Source of the DNA: Planctomycetota bacterium | GTDB taxonomy: Bacteria; Planctomycetota; Uabimicrobiia; Uabimicrobiales; Uabimicrobiaceae | NCBI GenBank assembly: GCA_029260735.1 | Contig: JAJDCR010000015.1 | Span: 65,825-129,824 of the forward strand | Reading direction: 5' to 3' | Length of the DNA: 64,000 nt | Shown here: positions 49,701-58,160 of the stretch, one piece after another | Numbering within the stretch: position 1 is the stretch's first letter | How the letters are laid out: every line of letters starts with the position of its first letter | Notes under the pieces: model-generated | Seen by the model: only the letters and a program-made list of their open reading frames with translations | The model's database searches: none | Told to the model about the DNA's origin: nothing | Program-made: the position numbers and the translations under genes

Positions 49701-50191
49701 TTCACTAAACCAAAATCTGTTAAGTAAGGCTCACCATCAATCCCTATTAAAATATTGGAAGGTTTTATGTCACGATGAAGAAAACCCATTTGATGAGCAT
49801 AGTGCATAGCATCAAGTACTTTGATCATGATCAGACATGACTCTTCCAAAGTTATACTGAAGTTGTGCAGATGCCAAGAAAGAGAGCCCCCTTCGATAAA
49901 CTTCATTGTAAGAAAATGCAGCCCATCAACTTCGCCCATATCATATAGGGGTACTATGTTAGGATGATCTAACCGCGCAGTGGCGCGAGCTTCTCGAAAA
50001 AAACGAGTGATCGCATCTTGCTCAGAATCGCCTTTAAGAATTTTCAAGGCAACTTCACGCTCCAGAATAGTGTCGTTAGCCTTATAGACTTTTCCCATCC
50101 CCCCTTCGCCGATCATATTGAGAAGAACATACCTTCCCATACGATGCTCCTTCTTTTCTGGAGTGTTCGCGTTTTCATGGGATTCGTTCAT
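43769..50191 (-). CDS. Giant (2140-aa) multidomain signalling protein: Ser/Thr kinase - 21-aa tandem repeats - degenerate GGDEF-like domain - P-loop (STAND/AAA_16-like) ATPase - helical/HEAT repeats
   Basis: Kinase motifs (GEGGMGKVYKA, ALKIL, HRDIKPSNILI, DFGLVK). DPTMMISPPSKADLKKLDAGEKL repeated ~5 times. GGDEF-fold segment (FIILDLDNFESYVQFYGALKTQEIL...REISTGTFTLVMP) with GGDEF replaced by STGTF. Walker A SPRGYGKTKLL. C-terminal PBS-lyase HEAT-like repeats (AKRACCRTLGEIGDTKALPILL). Confidence 0.85.
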   Translation of the reverse strand: MNESHENANTPEKKEHRMGRYVLLNMIGEGGMGKVYKANDTILEREVALKILKGDSEQDAITRFFREARATARLDHPNIVPLYDMGEVDGLHFLTMKFIEGGSLSWHLHNFSITLEESCLIMIKVLDAMHYAHQMGFLHRDIKPSNILIGIDGEPYLTDFGLVKFLNSDVPAISQTGLIMGTISYMSYEQAHGDAKIDSRADIYSLGAVLYEMIVGETLFQGDTIDVILARLSNGDIIPPRSKKPEISSFLEKICLKSLHRDKRMRYQTAREMKQDLEKFLQSSGPQADVVSPASPSIPENTTKKMFGDKKAKAILPRSALENKIANQEGGSTEKFSPEELAAVKIFKTDGKLDLEENIDPTVMFPPPSKTDLEKLDVGKKPDPTMMISPPSKADLKKLDAGEKLDPTMMISPPSKADLKKLDAGEKLDPTMMISPPSKTDLEKLDVGEKPDPTIMISPPSKNPSSTERQGITSGPSNTSNLDPSKTFTGIRFKSSSQRTDDTASFSNTKRLKAQDPPSNPGIRSKAPSSKENITFGPSSTEKIDPANLAASRSRKMFKVSPPSEPREITSGPSNTEKIDPKLVQLNAQKKLDELKSSSIKKIKRVPLPKEKDTEQTGSITKSNNQTGIHGEDPFPDSANCESGETKSFFDTMRHSAFIQTERLLKDSKEKDTQKRVPEENSFLEDLQKMEHPSESPSSRESPVDDSIENVSYKGSQNKEYPLESRSSESPSSEENSEEDSVKNVSYKGFQDKEYPLESSSSEDSQMMESEEKKEVFHLEGREHLEEKLQELFDTDTPGSFIILDLDNFESYVQFYGALKTQEILENILDALISALEGRAHIYREISTGTFTLVMPYSNSRKSFLLAETTRKYVEKFQGDPSAAETQIKLSLSGVVLAFSGENDKVNDLIDKGQESLIQVKEKGGNAIVTPTSSTNLVLTAVDFSSPVLLGCEKEIEQAKSVLVSETAKILLFSSPRGYGKTKLLREIQALAGFAFYHSCREAEIEEPYSCVARIIDQYFMDKPGEIEEAVKQMWDEEIHFLKPLLRFLRPVKTSKISPNVPLEKIRKTTYEGICFLLEYIAKDEKLAILLDDIQYVDQVTLYVFDYFLRIQKVNIQVIATINTDLIVDETPFFKLEERFRSRANWQEMSLPGLSSEEIRGFLSTVLEDYDPLETVRILNDLSQGNASYIENALTLLYYREKLIKKGEIWFFDIEEGDLPASLEELILELVKEFQSESSLLIQQAAVIGDPFSFNYLEETSEYSGDQVRQFIEEAKQLGLVEETEEDVFRFKQSSFQNLIYYEIADESMRSRVHEKVSQLMNRYKVGDGREGHGLTHHLNRSSRYGNSPLDPQVTKREKERRKLFEPDEDLDMFNGNLNRRMKRVFVESVELSENDISDLKSWMHSFTLSVQQVQRYPEGSSLITSSVKALHKSMEKTWKNLTGFITKIEDKYLLLNNAELEKDTPIVREFYQLLRGHYISSMTLDANIESYELEKIMRALGEPGQKIVLNPDYWTEFLDEAEIKSVDILQKVYVSNKQASGDLEQASDEMSFEDDTLGEESIRLVRDIIRYLCASVENIQLYPSQSKLLNFSVELLTKALDSFFQKREKVSFAIANNDFLVENYMANPHIFGNQIFVIQRIFNTQNIHSCTLRKEVSLQELLDFSHQLAQPANAEKDENYWPDFIQRHKTNNIIINNQEYKEMQIQELMEPELEIEELAGGDEKSWVELDLAEKLNLVMRMDEEELFNPDMVEGMEELMITLQKQDQTEFQTLVTKISSNLRSKIAGVRFQVCELLSELKQRLPHDVKNLLLVSLNIELQRALSLEPDLTVHQKLLDIAKYSLTNLYREKEFEKAHDLLRGLIKQRDRSDLGVGINETLDELIEEVEFNQIAQDLFSSDKAQKAFSHDILETLGERSSSILLDEIQKNTNQEERKTLAKLLRSWQGNVDEKLDGLIHPKQDAAVINRLLDVLEDLTEKQEKFYEILLSSPNLDIQNNIMSIIEGWKPAQQYPICIRTLKRKIPENIQRRMVMMAGKIKCAEATESIIQTLETTSSLSAKRACCRTLGEIGDTKALPILLGMANRKKLWGLTEEEKEEKIFSSYALQSFDKKDIEAALVMLNMSKDEATGVVTSRFRKRR
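48800..49110. repeat. Intragenic 63-bp tandem repeat (~4.5 copies) encoding the 21-aa protein repeats
   Basis: ...GGGGGAGAAATCATCATCGTTGGATCTAGTTTTTCTCCCGCATCTAATTTTTTCAAATCTGCTTTACTAG... is repeated head-to-tail with few substitutions. Confidence 0.8.
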
Positions 50192-50297
50192 TGATTTTTC
50201 CTCGAATCAAAAAAACTCTGGTCTGGTGGTTGATAATGACACATCTTGCTAAATTATAATATCTTCCTCTATCGCTTTTCCATGAGAAAATGAAAAT

Positions 50298-52910
50298 TTA
50301 GAGTTGTCGTGCCTCACTTTGTAACTCCGTCAAAATATTGAGAGCTTCTACAGGAGTTAGATTTTCTATGCTCAATTGAGACAAAGTATCTATTACTTCC
50401 TCTCCCATCATCGTAAAAAGAGTCTCGTGTACTTTTCCATTTCCTCCAACAACACAACAATTGCTTGTAAATTTTCTTAAGTCAAGGGAATGTCGCTCCA
50501 AACGGCCCAGAATTTTTTTTGCCTGCAAAGTAACAGGTTTAGGAATACCTGCCAGACGAGCGACATCAATACCATAGCTTTTACTCGCACTACCTTCGAC
50601 AATTTTATGAAGAAAAGCGATTTCATTATTCCACTCTTGGACAGCAACATTAAAATTACGAATACTAGGATAGACTTCTGCTAAATCGGCCATTTCATGA
50701 TAGTGGGTAGCAAAAATCGTTCTAGCTTGAATATTCTTTTGAATATACTCAACTATAGACCAAGCTAAAGAAAGGCCATCAAAGGTACTTGTTCCACGCC
50801 CCACTTCATCCAGAGCAATAAAACTGTGTTTTGTTGCGTTATTTAAAATATTTGCTGTTTCGATCATTTCTACCATAAAAGTACTATGTCCTTTTGCAAT
50901 CTCATCGGAGGCACCGATTCGAGTAAAAATACGATCGACCACACCTATTCGAGCCGATTTAGCAGGAACATAAGAACCAATTTGGGCAAGCAAAATAATC
51001 AAAGCACTTTGCCTTACATAGGTAGATTTTCCAGCCATATTAGGTCCTGTTAGAATAATAATCTCTTGTCCTGGCCCCATATAAATATTATTGGAAACAA
51101 AAGAGCTATCAAGAGTAACATCCAGCACAGGATGACGTCCTTCTTCAATTTCTAACACTCGTGAATTTTCTATAGCCGGACAAATATATTTTCGTTCTCG
51201 GGCTAATGTTGCCAAAGAACTCAAACAGTCAAGACAGGAAATGGCATCGGCCAAACGACGAAGAGAGGGAAGATAGGTCTCTACCATATCTCGAACTTGG
51301 ACAAAAATTTCATATTCCAAAGTTTTACTTTTTTCGCTCGCAGAAAGAACCTTACTTTCATATTCTTTTAGCTCTGGAGTAATATAGCGCTCAGCATTTT
51401 TTAGAGTTTGTTTTCGGATGTAGTCTTCAGAAACTCGGTGGCTGTGAGTATGAGTTACTTCGATGTAGTATCCAAAAACTTTGTTAAAGCCCACTTTTAA
51501 TGTTGAAATGCCTGTTTTCTCAATTTCTTTTCGCTCATACTCCTTGAGCCAATTGCTACCAGATGTTTGCAGTTGGCGGAGCTCATCGAGTTCGGAATTG
51601 TAGCCATCTGAGATAATATCTCCTTCTTTAAGGTTCGATTTAGCTTCGGGATGGATGGCCGCTTCAAGTAAAGAAGTTAGTTCAGACATTTGGTCTAGAT
51701 TTTGCGACAACTGTTTCACGATTAAAGATCTAAACTCTGCCAAATGATGAGAGAGTAAAGGAACGACTTGAAGAGAGTTTTTAAGGGATAACAATTCTCT
51801 AGCATCGACTCTTTTATTAGCAACGCGAGCGCAAAGCCTTTCAATATCCTGAATTTGAGAAAGAAGCTCAACAACTTTTTTATGTTCTTTTTCGCACTCT
51901 AGAAAATCCTGAATCCCTACTTGACGAGCTCGGATCTTTTCGACAATGATAAGAGGAGCCGTAACCCATTGCGCCAAGAGTCGCCCTCCCATTGCAGTTC
52001 GAGTCCGATCAAGAACATGCAAAAGAGTTCCTTTTCGGGTACCCGCTCGTAGGGGTCTTTTTATTTCTAAACAATTACGAGTCGCCTGGTCTAAAGTCAT
52101 TCTTTCGCTAGCTTCATATTTTTCGATTTTATCAATATGAGCTAATGCTGTTTTTTGGGTTTCTTTTAGATAATGAAAAAGAGAACCTGCCGCTGATATC
52201 CCATGAGTTAAACTCTCGCATCCGTAGCCTTCAAGAGATGATACATTAAAATGATTCAAAAGAGTTCTTTCGGCATTTGTCTTCTCAAAAAACCAATCTG
52301 GACGTAAGGTTAAATAAATGCCTTGCCTTTGAAAGAATTCATCCAAGTCAACACTGCCATCCATTTCTGGCAAACTGAATTTTCTTTTGTTTTCGGGAAT
52401 AAGACACTCTATTGGATTAATGCGAGCAACCTCATCAGCAAGCTGAGCCGGAGAAAATTCCTGAACTTGAAAAATTCCTGTTGATATATCAACCCAAGCA
52501 ATTCCTATCTCTTTTTTACTAGGAAAAACCGAAAGAAGAAAATTATTACTTTTCTCCTCTAAAACACTGTCTTCTGTAACCGTGCCAGGCGTAATAATAC
52601 GAACAACATCTCTATCGACAATTCCATCGGCCTCCGAAGGGTCTTGGATTTGTTCGCAAATGGCAACTCGATGTCCTTCTCGAACGAGTTTGGCCAAATA
52701 GTTGTCAATCGCTTTGACAGGAACTCCTGCCATAGGAATGGCATTGGCTCCTTTACTTCTAGCGGTCAAAGCAATCCCCAATACTTTTGCCGCAAGATGC
52801 GCATCATCATAAAACATCTCATAGAAATCTCCCATTCTAAAAAATAGAATGGAGTCTTGATGTTTTTCTTTAATACGCGAATACTGCTGCATCATCGGGG
52901 TTTCCGACAT
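50298..52910 (-). CDS. mutS: DNA mismatch repair protein MutS
   Basis: MutS domain I ([32 protein letters not shown]), Walker [14 protein letters not shown], and a full-length protein of 870 aa. Confidence 0.95.
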   Translation of the reverse strand: MSETPMMQQYSRIKEKHQDSILFFRMGDFYEMFYDDAHLAAKVLGIALTARSKGANAIPMAGVPVKAIDNYLAKLVREGHRVAICEQIQDPSEADGIVDRDVVRIITPGTVTEDSVLEEKSNNFLLSVFPSKKEIGIAWVDISTGIFQVQEFSPAQLADEVARINPIECLIPENKRKFSLPEMDGSVDLDEFFQRQGIYLTLRPDWFFEKTNAERTLLNHFNVSSLEGYGCESLTHGISAAGSLFHYLKETQKTALAHIDKIEKYEASERMTLDQATRNCLEIKRPLRAGTRKGTLLHVLDRTRTAMGGRLLAQWVTAPLIIVEKIRARQVGIQDFLECEKEHKKVVELLSQIQDIERLCARVANKRVDARELLSLKNSLQVVPLLSHHLAEFRSLIVKQLSQNLDQMSELTSLLEAAIHPEAKSNLKEGDIISDGYNSELDELRQLQTSGSNWLKEYERKEIEKTGISTLKVGFNKVFGYYIEVTHTHSHRVSEDYIRKQTLKNAERYITPELKEYESKVLSASEKSKTLEYEIFVQVRDMVETYLPSLRRLADAISCLDCLSSLATLARERKYICPAIENSRVLEIEEGRHPVLDVTLDSSFVSNNIYMGPGQEIIILTGPNMAGKSTYVRQSALIILLAQIGSYVPAKSARIGVVDRIFTRIGASDEIAKGHSTFMVEMIETANILNNATKHSFIALDEVGRGTSTFDGLSLAWSIVEYIQKNIQARTIFATHYHEMADLAEVYPSIRNFNVAVQEWNNEIAFLHKIVEGSASKSYGIDVARLAGIPKPVTLQAKKILGRLERHSLDLRKFTSNCCVVGGNGKVHETLFTMMGEEVIDTLSQLSIENLTPVEALNILTELQSEARQL

Positions 52911-52931
52911 GTTTTATAGCTCCTTGGCATG

Positions 52932-52967
52932 AAAAAAACCGAAACTCCAAAACGAGTTCGGTTTTTT
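52932..52967 (-). terminator. Bidirectional-type intrinsic terminator
   Basis: AAAAAAACCGAAACTCC-AAAAC-GAGTTCGGTTTTTT: a GC-containing stem with a 1-nt bulge, flanked by an A-tract and a T-tract, between the 149-aa gene and mutS. Confidence 0.7.
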
Positions 52968-53013
52968 AGATGTGGTTGTATGAATAATTAGAAATTTCCT
53001 TAGAAAAATGGAA

Positions 53014-53463
53014 CTAGCTCTTATTTTCGTCTGAAGATTCTTCAAACTCAATTTCTTCAATAGCTGGCTCTAAACGCCCAAACATTCTTTTGAGCGGAGG
53101 TTGTTCAAAAAATTCCGTCAGTTTTATTAAGTTTCCTGAAAATTCATCGATAACATCCACTGATTTGGCTACTTGGACTTCCATCTCTTGAATTCTTTGC
53201 AAAAGATTGCGCACAGAAGTCTCCACCATAGTCATTTTATCATTTATTTGCTTTTCTTTTTGTTGAACTTCTTTAATTCTCTCGTCACTTTTTTTGATGC
53301 TATCGCGAATTTCTTCCAAATAGCTTATCATATCTTCCAAAGCATCTGTTTGGGAAAAATTCTCGACAATTTTAGCAACCGCTTCTTGAAGTACAGCTCG
53401 GGTTCCTTGATCTACAAAGCCAGCGTATTCAGCTTCGTTACCATGCATTTTTTCCGTGTTCAT
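53014..53463 (-). CDS. Small coiled-coil hypothetical protein
   Basis: 149 aa with heptad-rich sequence (EVQQKEKQINDKMTMVETSVRNLLQRIQEMEVQ) and no known motif. Confidence 0.5.
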   Translation of the reverse strand: MNTEKMHGNEAEYAGFVDQGTRAVLQEAVAKIVENFSQTDALEDMISYLEEIRDSIKKSDERIKEVQQKEKQINDKMTMVETSVRNLLQRIQEMEVQVAKSVDVIDEFSGNLIKLTEFFEQPPLKRMFGRLEPAIEEIEFEESSDENKS

Positions 53464-53479
53464 ATTTTCTCCTGTAATT

Positions 53480-53590
53480 AGGGCATGTCCTCATTCAGCT
53501 TATTTTTTGTATTTTTTTAGCAATAGTAAGGAAACTGCCTTGAACTCAGTATTGTTAAGTCGTGAGATGGGCTGAATGAGGACACGCCCT
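53480..53590 (-). repeat. ~110-bp small element with 20-bp terminal inverted repeats (copy 2, opposite orientation to copy 1)
   Basis: AGGGCATGTCCTCATTCAGCT at 53480-53500 pairs with AGCTGAATGAGGACACGCCCT (as reverse complement) at 53570-53590. The reverse complement of its core (TCACGACTTAACAATACTGAGTTCAAGGCAGTTTCCTTACTATTGCTAAAAAAATACAA) is near-identical to the core of copy 1. Its right end abuts the stop codon of the dynamin-like gene. Confidence 0.7.
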
Positions 53591-56282
53591 ACTGTAAACC
53601 ATCTAATCGTCCTTGTTCTTCGCGAAATTCTTTGACTTCTCTAAAGAAATTACGAATAAAACTTTCTCGGCCTGCAATGTTCTCTTTCTGTGTCTCTGTC
53701 AAAACCCTGAAAGCCTGCAATTCATCACTGATTTCATCTTTATTCTTTCCAATTCCATTAGCTAACCAAAGAAGAGAGGTTAACAGCTCTTCTCCATCAG
53801 CTAAGACAAAAGGTCGTAGGCCAAAACCAGGCGCTGATTTTAGTTTCATATATGATTTAAAAGCATCAATGAATTGTCCCCCTCGAAGGAGACGGTCTGC
53901 TCCTGCCCCTAAGTAAGCCAACTTTTCTTTCTGTTCCTCTAAAGTATCTCGGATTTCCAATTTGTTTAATCGATTTTGTTCGTGTCCAATTTGGTGTAAA
54001 TCAACAGCCCGAAAAATAACATCGGCTTGAGCTGCTAGCCTTTGAAAATCTTCTTTTGCCCCGTCTATCTCTAAAAGTCTATCGTGAAAAAGAACAATGT
54101 TCGTTTTTTCTAAAAACCACTGTTCTCTTTCTTCTTGAGCAGAGGATACCATCATTTGCACAGGAAGAGTTGTACATGGCAAGGTGCCTTCTTTAGTATC
54201 ATAAAAGACTATTTTCGTCGATAATTGATCTTCGTGCAAAGATGTAAGGTCTCCAATCCAAGTCAGGTAGTCTCCTACTTCATGGGAAAAAGGAGTGCTA
54301 ATTAAAATTTGCTTACGACTTTCTCCAGGACAAAGTGTTTTTATGACGTGCCAAAACCTTTGGGTTTTTTTTGTAAAAACGATAGTTCTGACAGAATGAA
54401 GTAAAGGAAGCATCTTATCCATTTTGCCCAGAGTGCGGGTTGTTTGAGCAAAACGCTCTTGTTTCTTGCGGTACTTAAGAGCACTAAAACCCATCGTTTT
54501 CGTTCGTTGGTTATTGTCTCCGCTTAAAAGGACTTCCATCTCATCGCGAATAGCACGAATTCCAGATAGAAGAATTCGGTAAGGCTCAGGATCAACTCCT
54601 GCAGCCGAGGAGCTAACGTCATCTTTTCTTTGAGAAATAGCTGTTAGAATAGCACTAGTGCTATTTTTCCAATTTTCTATCCACTGTTGTAAGTAGCCGC
54701 TTAGTTTCACTCGATAGATACTATGATAATCTGAAATATCTGCCTTAAGCTCTTCTCTATCAATAAACATTTCCGTGACATTTTTTTCTTGGTATCCCCA
54801 ATCTCTTTTCTGAAGAAATTTTCCGAGTAGACGTTTAACACGTCCCCCGACTCCTATTTCAGCAATAGCTTCAACTTGCATGATTTCTTCATAGCGCTTG
54901 ATCTGCGGGAGGTTCGATTTTTGTTTTTGATATTCTGGCTTTACCGCTTGAAGATCTATGGATAATTCTTCGGCAATTTTTTTTAAGCGTTCTTCTATGA
55001 CATCCGTTTTTTGAAAAAACTCTTTTTCTATTCCCTTTACTTTGTCTCTTACTGTTGTGGACAAGTTTTCCAAATCTTCATCTTTCCACTCTTCCAAGGC
55101 TTTAGTAAAAAAATCTTTTACTCCACCAATGTCTTTTTGAAACTTCATAACATCAGGAAAATTTGCTTCCTGGTCAGAAGGAATCCCATTTTGTAGATCC
55201 TCAAGACGTTGTTTCTCTAAGTCTCGATAGTACTGAGCCTCTTTCTCTTTTCCCCGAGCACTAAAGTAATCTGTTTTTACTCGATCAAGAAGTTGTTGCA
55301 CCTCTTTTAAGAGAAGTCTAAGGCGTCTTTGGGCCATGTTTTTTGATAGACTCGCGTGAAGTTTTTCTAAAACAGCAACAACTTCCCCAAAACCACTTTC
55401 ATGCCACTCTTCTATTTCATTGGGATCTTCTTCAGGATTCTGTAGTCGACAATTTAAAGCTTGAATAGAGGATACCTGAATAACGTGAGCATCATGCAAA
55501 ACCATGGTCTGCTCTAAAAGATCCTTCACTCTTTTCGAATGCTTTTCTAGGGCCTGCTCAGCGCTCTCTAGAATTTTCCCCCCCTTCATGTAGCGAGGCT
55601 CCACTGCGTCTTTGTGAGTTTGCACGACAATGGCCGGTTTGGCTTCACTGCATATGTTACCTAAAGCCTTCAGGTTTTCTTTGTCACTGGTGGACTTGGT
55701 TGTAGTCAAAAATAAAACAACATCAACTAGAGGGATTAAAGTTCTCAAAGTAAGTTCTTCATGACCTTGAAGACCAAAAGCGTCTAGTCCAGGTGAATCG
55801 ATTAAATCATATTTCTCAGGTATCATCAAACGTGGCAAGTGAAGATGTATTTCTTGGACATTTTGTTCGTTTGTAGGATTTTCTTCTTCGTCGGCGTAGC
55901 GTTTGATCCACAGAGGGGTACACTCTTCTCCATCAAAGCTATATTCACTTTGGTCTTTAAAAAGAATGCGTAGCTTACGCTCGGAAGATTTGCGACACAT
56001 AACCAAAACCCCTGAGGTCGGTTGAGCACCACGAGGAAGTATATCCTCTCCAGCCAATGCATTAACAAAGGTTGATTTTCCTGCGGAAGTAATCCCTACT
56101 AGTCCAATTCTCAAAGAAGTCTTGACCCAATCGTTGGTGCGATCTTGGAGCCAACTTTTAAATCCATCAAAATATCCTTCTTGAGGTAGGGAACTGTTAA
56201 CGAGTTCTTTGATTTTTGTAATAGCCTCAGCCAGTTCTTCTTGACCCGCTGATTTATTAGGTGTTTGCATATGGTATCCCAA
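53589..56282 (-). CDS. Bacterial dynamin-like GTPase
   Basis: G1 GITSAGKST, G2 PTSG, G3 DSPGLDAFG and G4 THKD in dynamin-N order, followed by a long helical stalk. Confidence 0.6.
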   Translation of the reverse strand: MGYHMQTPNKSAGQEELAEAITKIKELVNSSLPQEGYFDGFKSWLQDRTNDWVKTSLRIGLVGITSAGKSTFVNALAGEDILPRGAQPTSGVLVMCRKSSERKLRILFKDQSEYSFDGEECTPLWIKRYADEEENPTNEQNVQEIHLHLPRLMIPEKYDLIDSPGLDAFGLQGHEELTLRTLIPLVDVVLFLTTTKSTSDKENLKALGNICSEAKPAIVVQTHKDAVEPRYMKGGKILESAEQALEKHSKRVKDLLEQTMVLHDAHVIQVSSIQALNCRLQNPEEDPNEIEEWHESGFGEVVAVLEKLHASLSKNMAQRRLRLLLKEVQQLLDRVKTDYFSARGKEKEAQYYRDLEKQRLEDLQNGIPSDQEANFPDVMKFQKDIGGVKDFFTKALEEWKDEDLENLSTTVRDKVKGIEKEFFQKTDVIEERLKKIAEELSIDLQAVKPEYQKQKSNLPQIKRYEEIMQVEAIAEIGVGGRVKRLLGKFLQKRDWGYQEKNVTEMFIDREELKADISDYHSIYRVKLSGYLQQWIENWKNSTSAILTAISQRKDDVSSSAAGVDPEPYRILLSGIRAIRDEMEVLLSGDNNQRTKTMGFSALKYRKKQERFAQTTRTLGKMDKMLPLLHSVRTIVFTKKTQRFWHVIKTLCPGESRKQILISTPFSHEVGDYLTWIGDLTSLHEDQLSTKIVFYDTKEGTLPCTTLPVQMMVSSAQEEREQWFLEKTNIVLFHDRLLEIDGAKEDFQRLAAQADVIFRAVDLHQIGHEQNRLNKLEIRDTLEEQKEKLAYLGAGADRLLRGGQFIDAFKSYMKLKSAPGFGLRPFVLADGEELLTSLLWLANGIGKNKDEISDELQAFRVLTETQKENIAGRESFIRNFFREVKEFREEQGRLDGLQ

Positions 56283-56621
56283 ATGTAGTATTTGTTGGGA
56301 ATGGTCGGGAAACGACCAATGTTTTGGATTATGGAGTAGCTGTTCGAGGTTTTGATTTTATTTAAGGTAATGATACTATCAAAAGAGAGGTAAAATCAAT
56401 AAAAAATTTGAGAATTCCCTTATCGAACCTCCCTTTTCCGTAATTTTATAGGAAGGACTTAATTATTTCAGGTACTTTTTGTTAGCATCCCAGGAAAATC
56501 TTGCTAAAATATTGATACTAATTTTAACTAAGAGTTCATAAGAGAACTCTGACTAACCCCCTCGCAAATTGTTTCTTAGCGATTTTTTTATTTTCCGGAA
56601 AGTGCTTGGTATTATACAGTT

Positions 56622-58142
56622 ATGACTGATGTGCGCGTACGAATAGCTCCTTCTCCGACAGGTGCTCCTCATGTAGGAACAGCTTATATTGCTTTATTTA
56701 ATTTAGTTTTTGCAAAAGTAAACCAAGGAAAATTTATTCTTCGAATAGAAGACACCGATCAAACTCGCTCTCGTAAGGTTTACGAAACGGCCGTCTTAGA
56801 TGCCCTAAAATGGGTAGGATTAAGCTGGGATGAAGGCCCTGATGTAGGCGGAAAATATGGCCCCTACCGTCAAAGTGAAAGAACGGAAATCTACCGTAAA
56901 TATGCAGAGCAACTAGTAGAAGAGGGCAAAGCCTACCGATGCTTTTGCACTCCAGAAATGCTCGAACAATTAAGAAAAGATCAAAAACCGATAAAAACGA
57001 ATAATATTTATCGTGATGCAGACGAAAAAACTATCCAAGATAAGCTAGAGAAAAATGAGCCTTATACAATTCGTTTGAAAGTTCCCGAAGAAGGGGAATG
57101 TGTTATCAGTGACCGCTTCCGAGAAGAAGTGCGTTACAATTATAGCGAAGTAGACGACCAGATTATTTTGAAATCAGATGGTTTTCCTACTTACCATTTA
57201 GCAAATGTTGTTGACGATCACTTAATGAAAATATCACACGTCATTCGAGGAGAAGAATGGTTAACATCTACTCCTAAACACGTTTTACTTTATGAGTACT
57301 TAGGGTGGGAAAAACCTGAATTCATTCATATGCCTCTTTTGAAGAACCCAGATGGCTCAAAACTATCTAAAAGAAAAAACCCTACTTCTATTTTCTACTA
57401 CCGAGAAGCAGGCTTTCTTCCTGAGGCACTTCTGAACTATCTTTCGTTGATGGGGTATTCTCGTCCCAATGGAGAAGAAAAATTTTCTCTAGAAGAAATG
57501 ATCGTTGACTTTGATATTAACAGAGTTAGTTTGGGAGGATCTGTTTTTGACTTACAAAAACTATCTTGGCTTTCCGGCAAGTATATCCGTGAGGATTTAA
57601 CCCCTCAGCAACTGGCTAAAAAGCTTGTAGCATGGCGGATAAACGAAGAGTTTATTGCTCAGCTCATGCCTCTTGTCAGTGAAAGAATGGATACTCTCGG
57701 AGATTTTATGCCTTTGGCTTCTTTTTTCTGGAGTCGAGACGTCGAGTACACAAGTGAAACTGTCTTGCCAAAAAAGAAAGAAGCTAAAGAAACAGCAGAA
57801 CTATTACAAGTTTTACTATTTGCTTTTGAAGAGCAGGAAGAGTGGTTAGCAGATCAAATTAGTATTTCTATTCGTGCTATTGCTCAAATACACGAATGGA
57901 AAATTCGCGAAATCACTCATCCTCTCTTTGTGGCCATTTCGGGAAAAAAAGTTGCTCCTCCTCTTTTTGACTCGATGGAGTACTTGGGTAAAGACATTTG
58001 TCGTGTTCGCATTGTCAAAGCCATGGAAACTTTAGGTGGGGTTTCTAAAAAAAGACTTCAAAAACTAGATTCGCTATGGAAAAAAAGTATGAAAGGTCAG
58101 TTTGAGGAACAGGTGTTAGAGATCCAGAAGCCGTCGGATTAA
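56622..58142 (+). CDS. gltX: Glutamyl-tRNA synthetase
   Basis: Class-I HIGH motif (PSPTGAPHVGTA), KMSKS motif (KLSKR), a full-length protein of 506 aa, and a GluRS-typical N-terminus (RVRIAPSPTG...RIEDTD). Confidence 0.95.
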   Translation: MTDVRVRIAPSPTGAPHVGTAYIALFNLVFAKVNQGKFILRIEDTDQTRSRKVYETAVLDALKWVGLSWDEGPDVGGKYGPYRQSERTEIYRKYAEQLVEEGKAYRCFCTPEMLEQLRKDQKPIKTNNIYRDADEKTIQDKLEKNEPYTIRLKVPEEGECVISDRFREEVRYNYSEVDDQIILKSDGFPTYHLANVVDDHLMKISHVIRGEEWLTSTPKHVLLYEYLGWEKPEFIHMPLLKNPDGSKLSKRKNPTSIFYYREAGFLPEALLNYLSLMGYSRPNGEEKFSLEEMIVDFDINRVSLGGSVFDLQKLSWLSGKYIREDLTPQQLAKKLVAWRINEEFIAQLMPLVSERMDTLGDFMPLASFFWSRDVEYTSETVLPKKKEAKETAELLQVLLFAFEEQEEWLADQISISIRAIAQIHEWKIREITHPLFVAISGKKVAPPLFDSMEYLGKDICRVRIVKAMETLGGVSKKRLQKLDSLWKKSMKGQFEEQVLEIQKPSD

Positions 58143-58160
58143 AATTTGGGTGAAAAAGTT

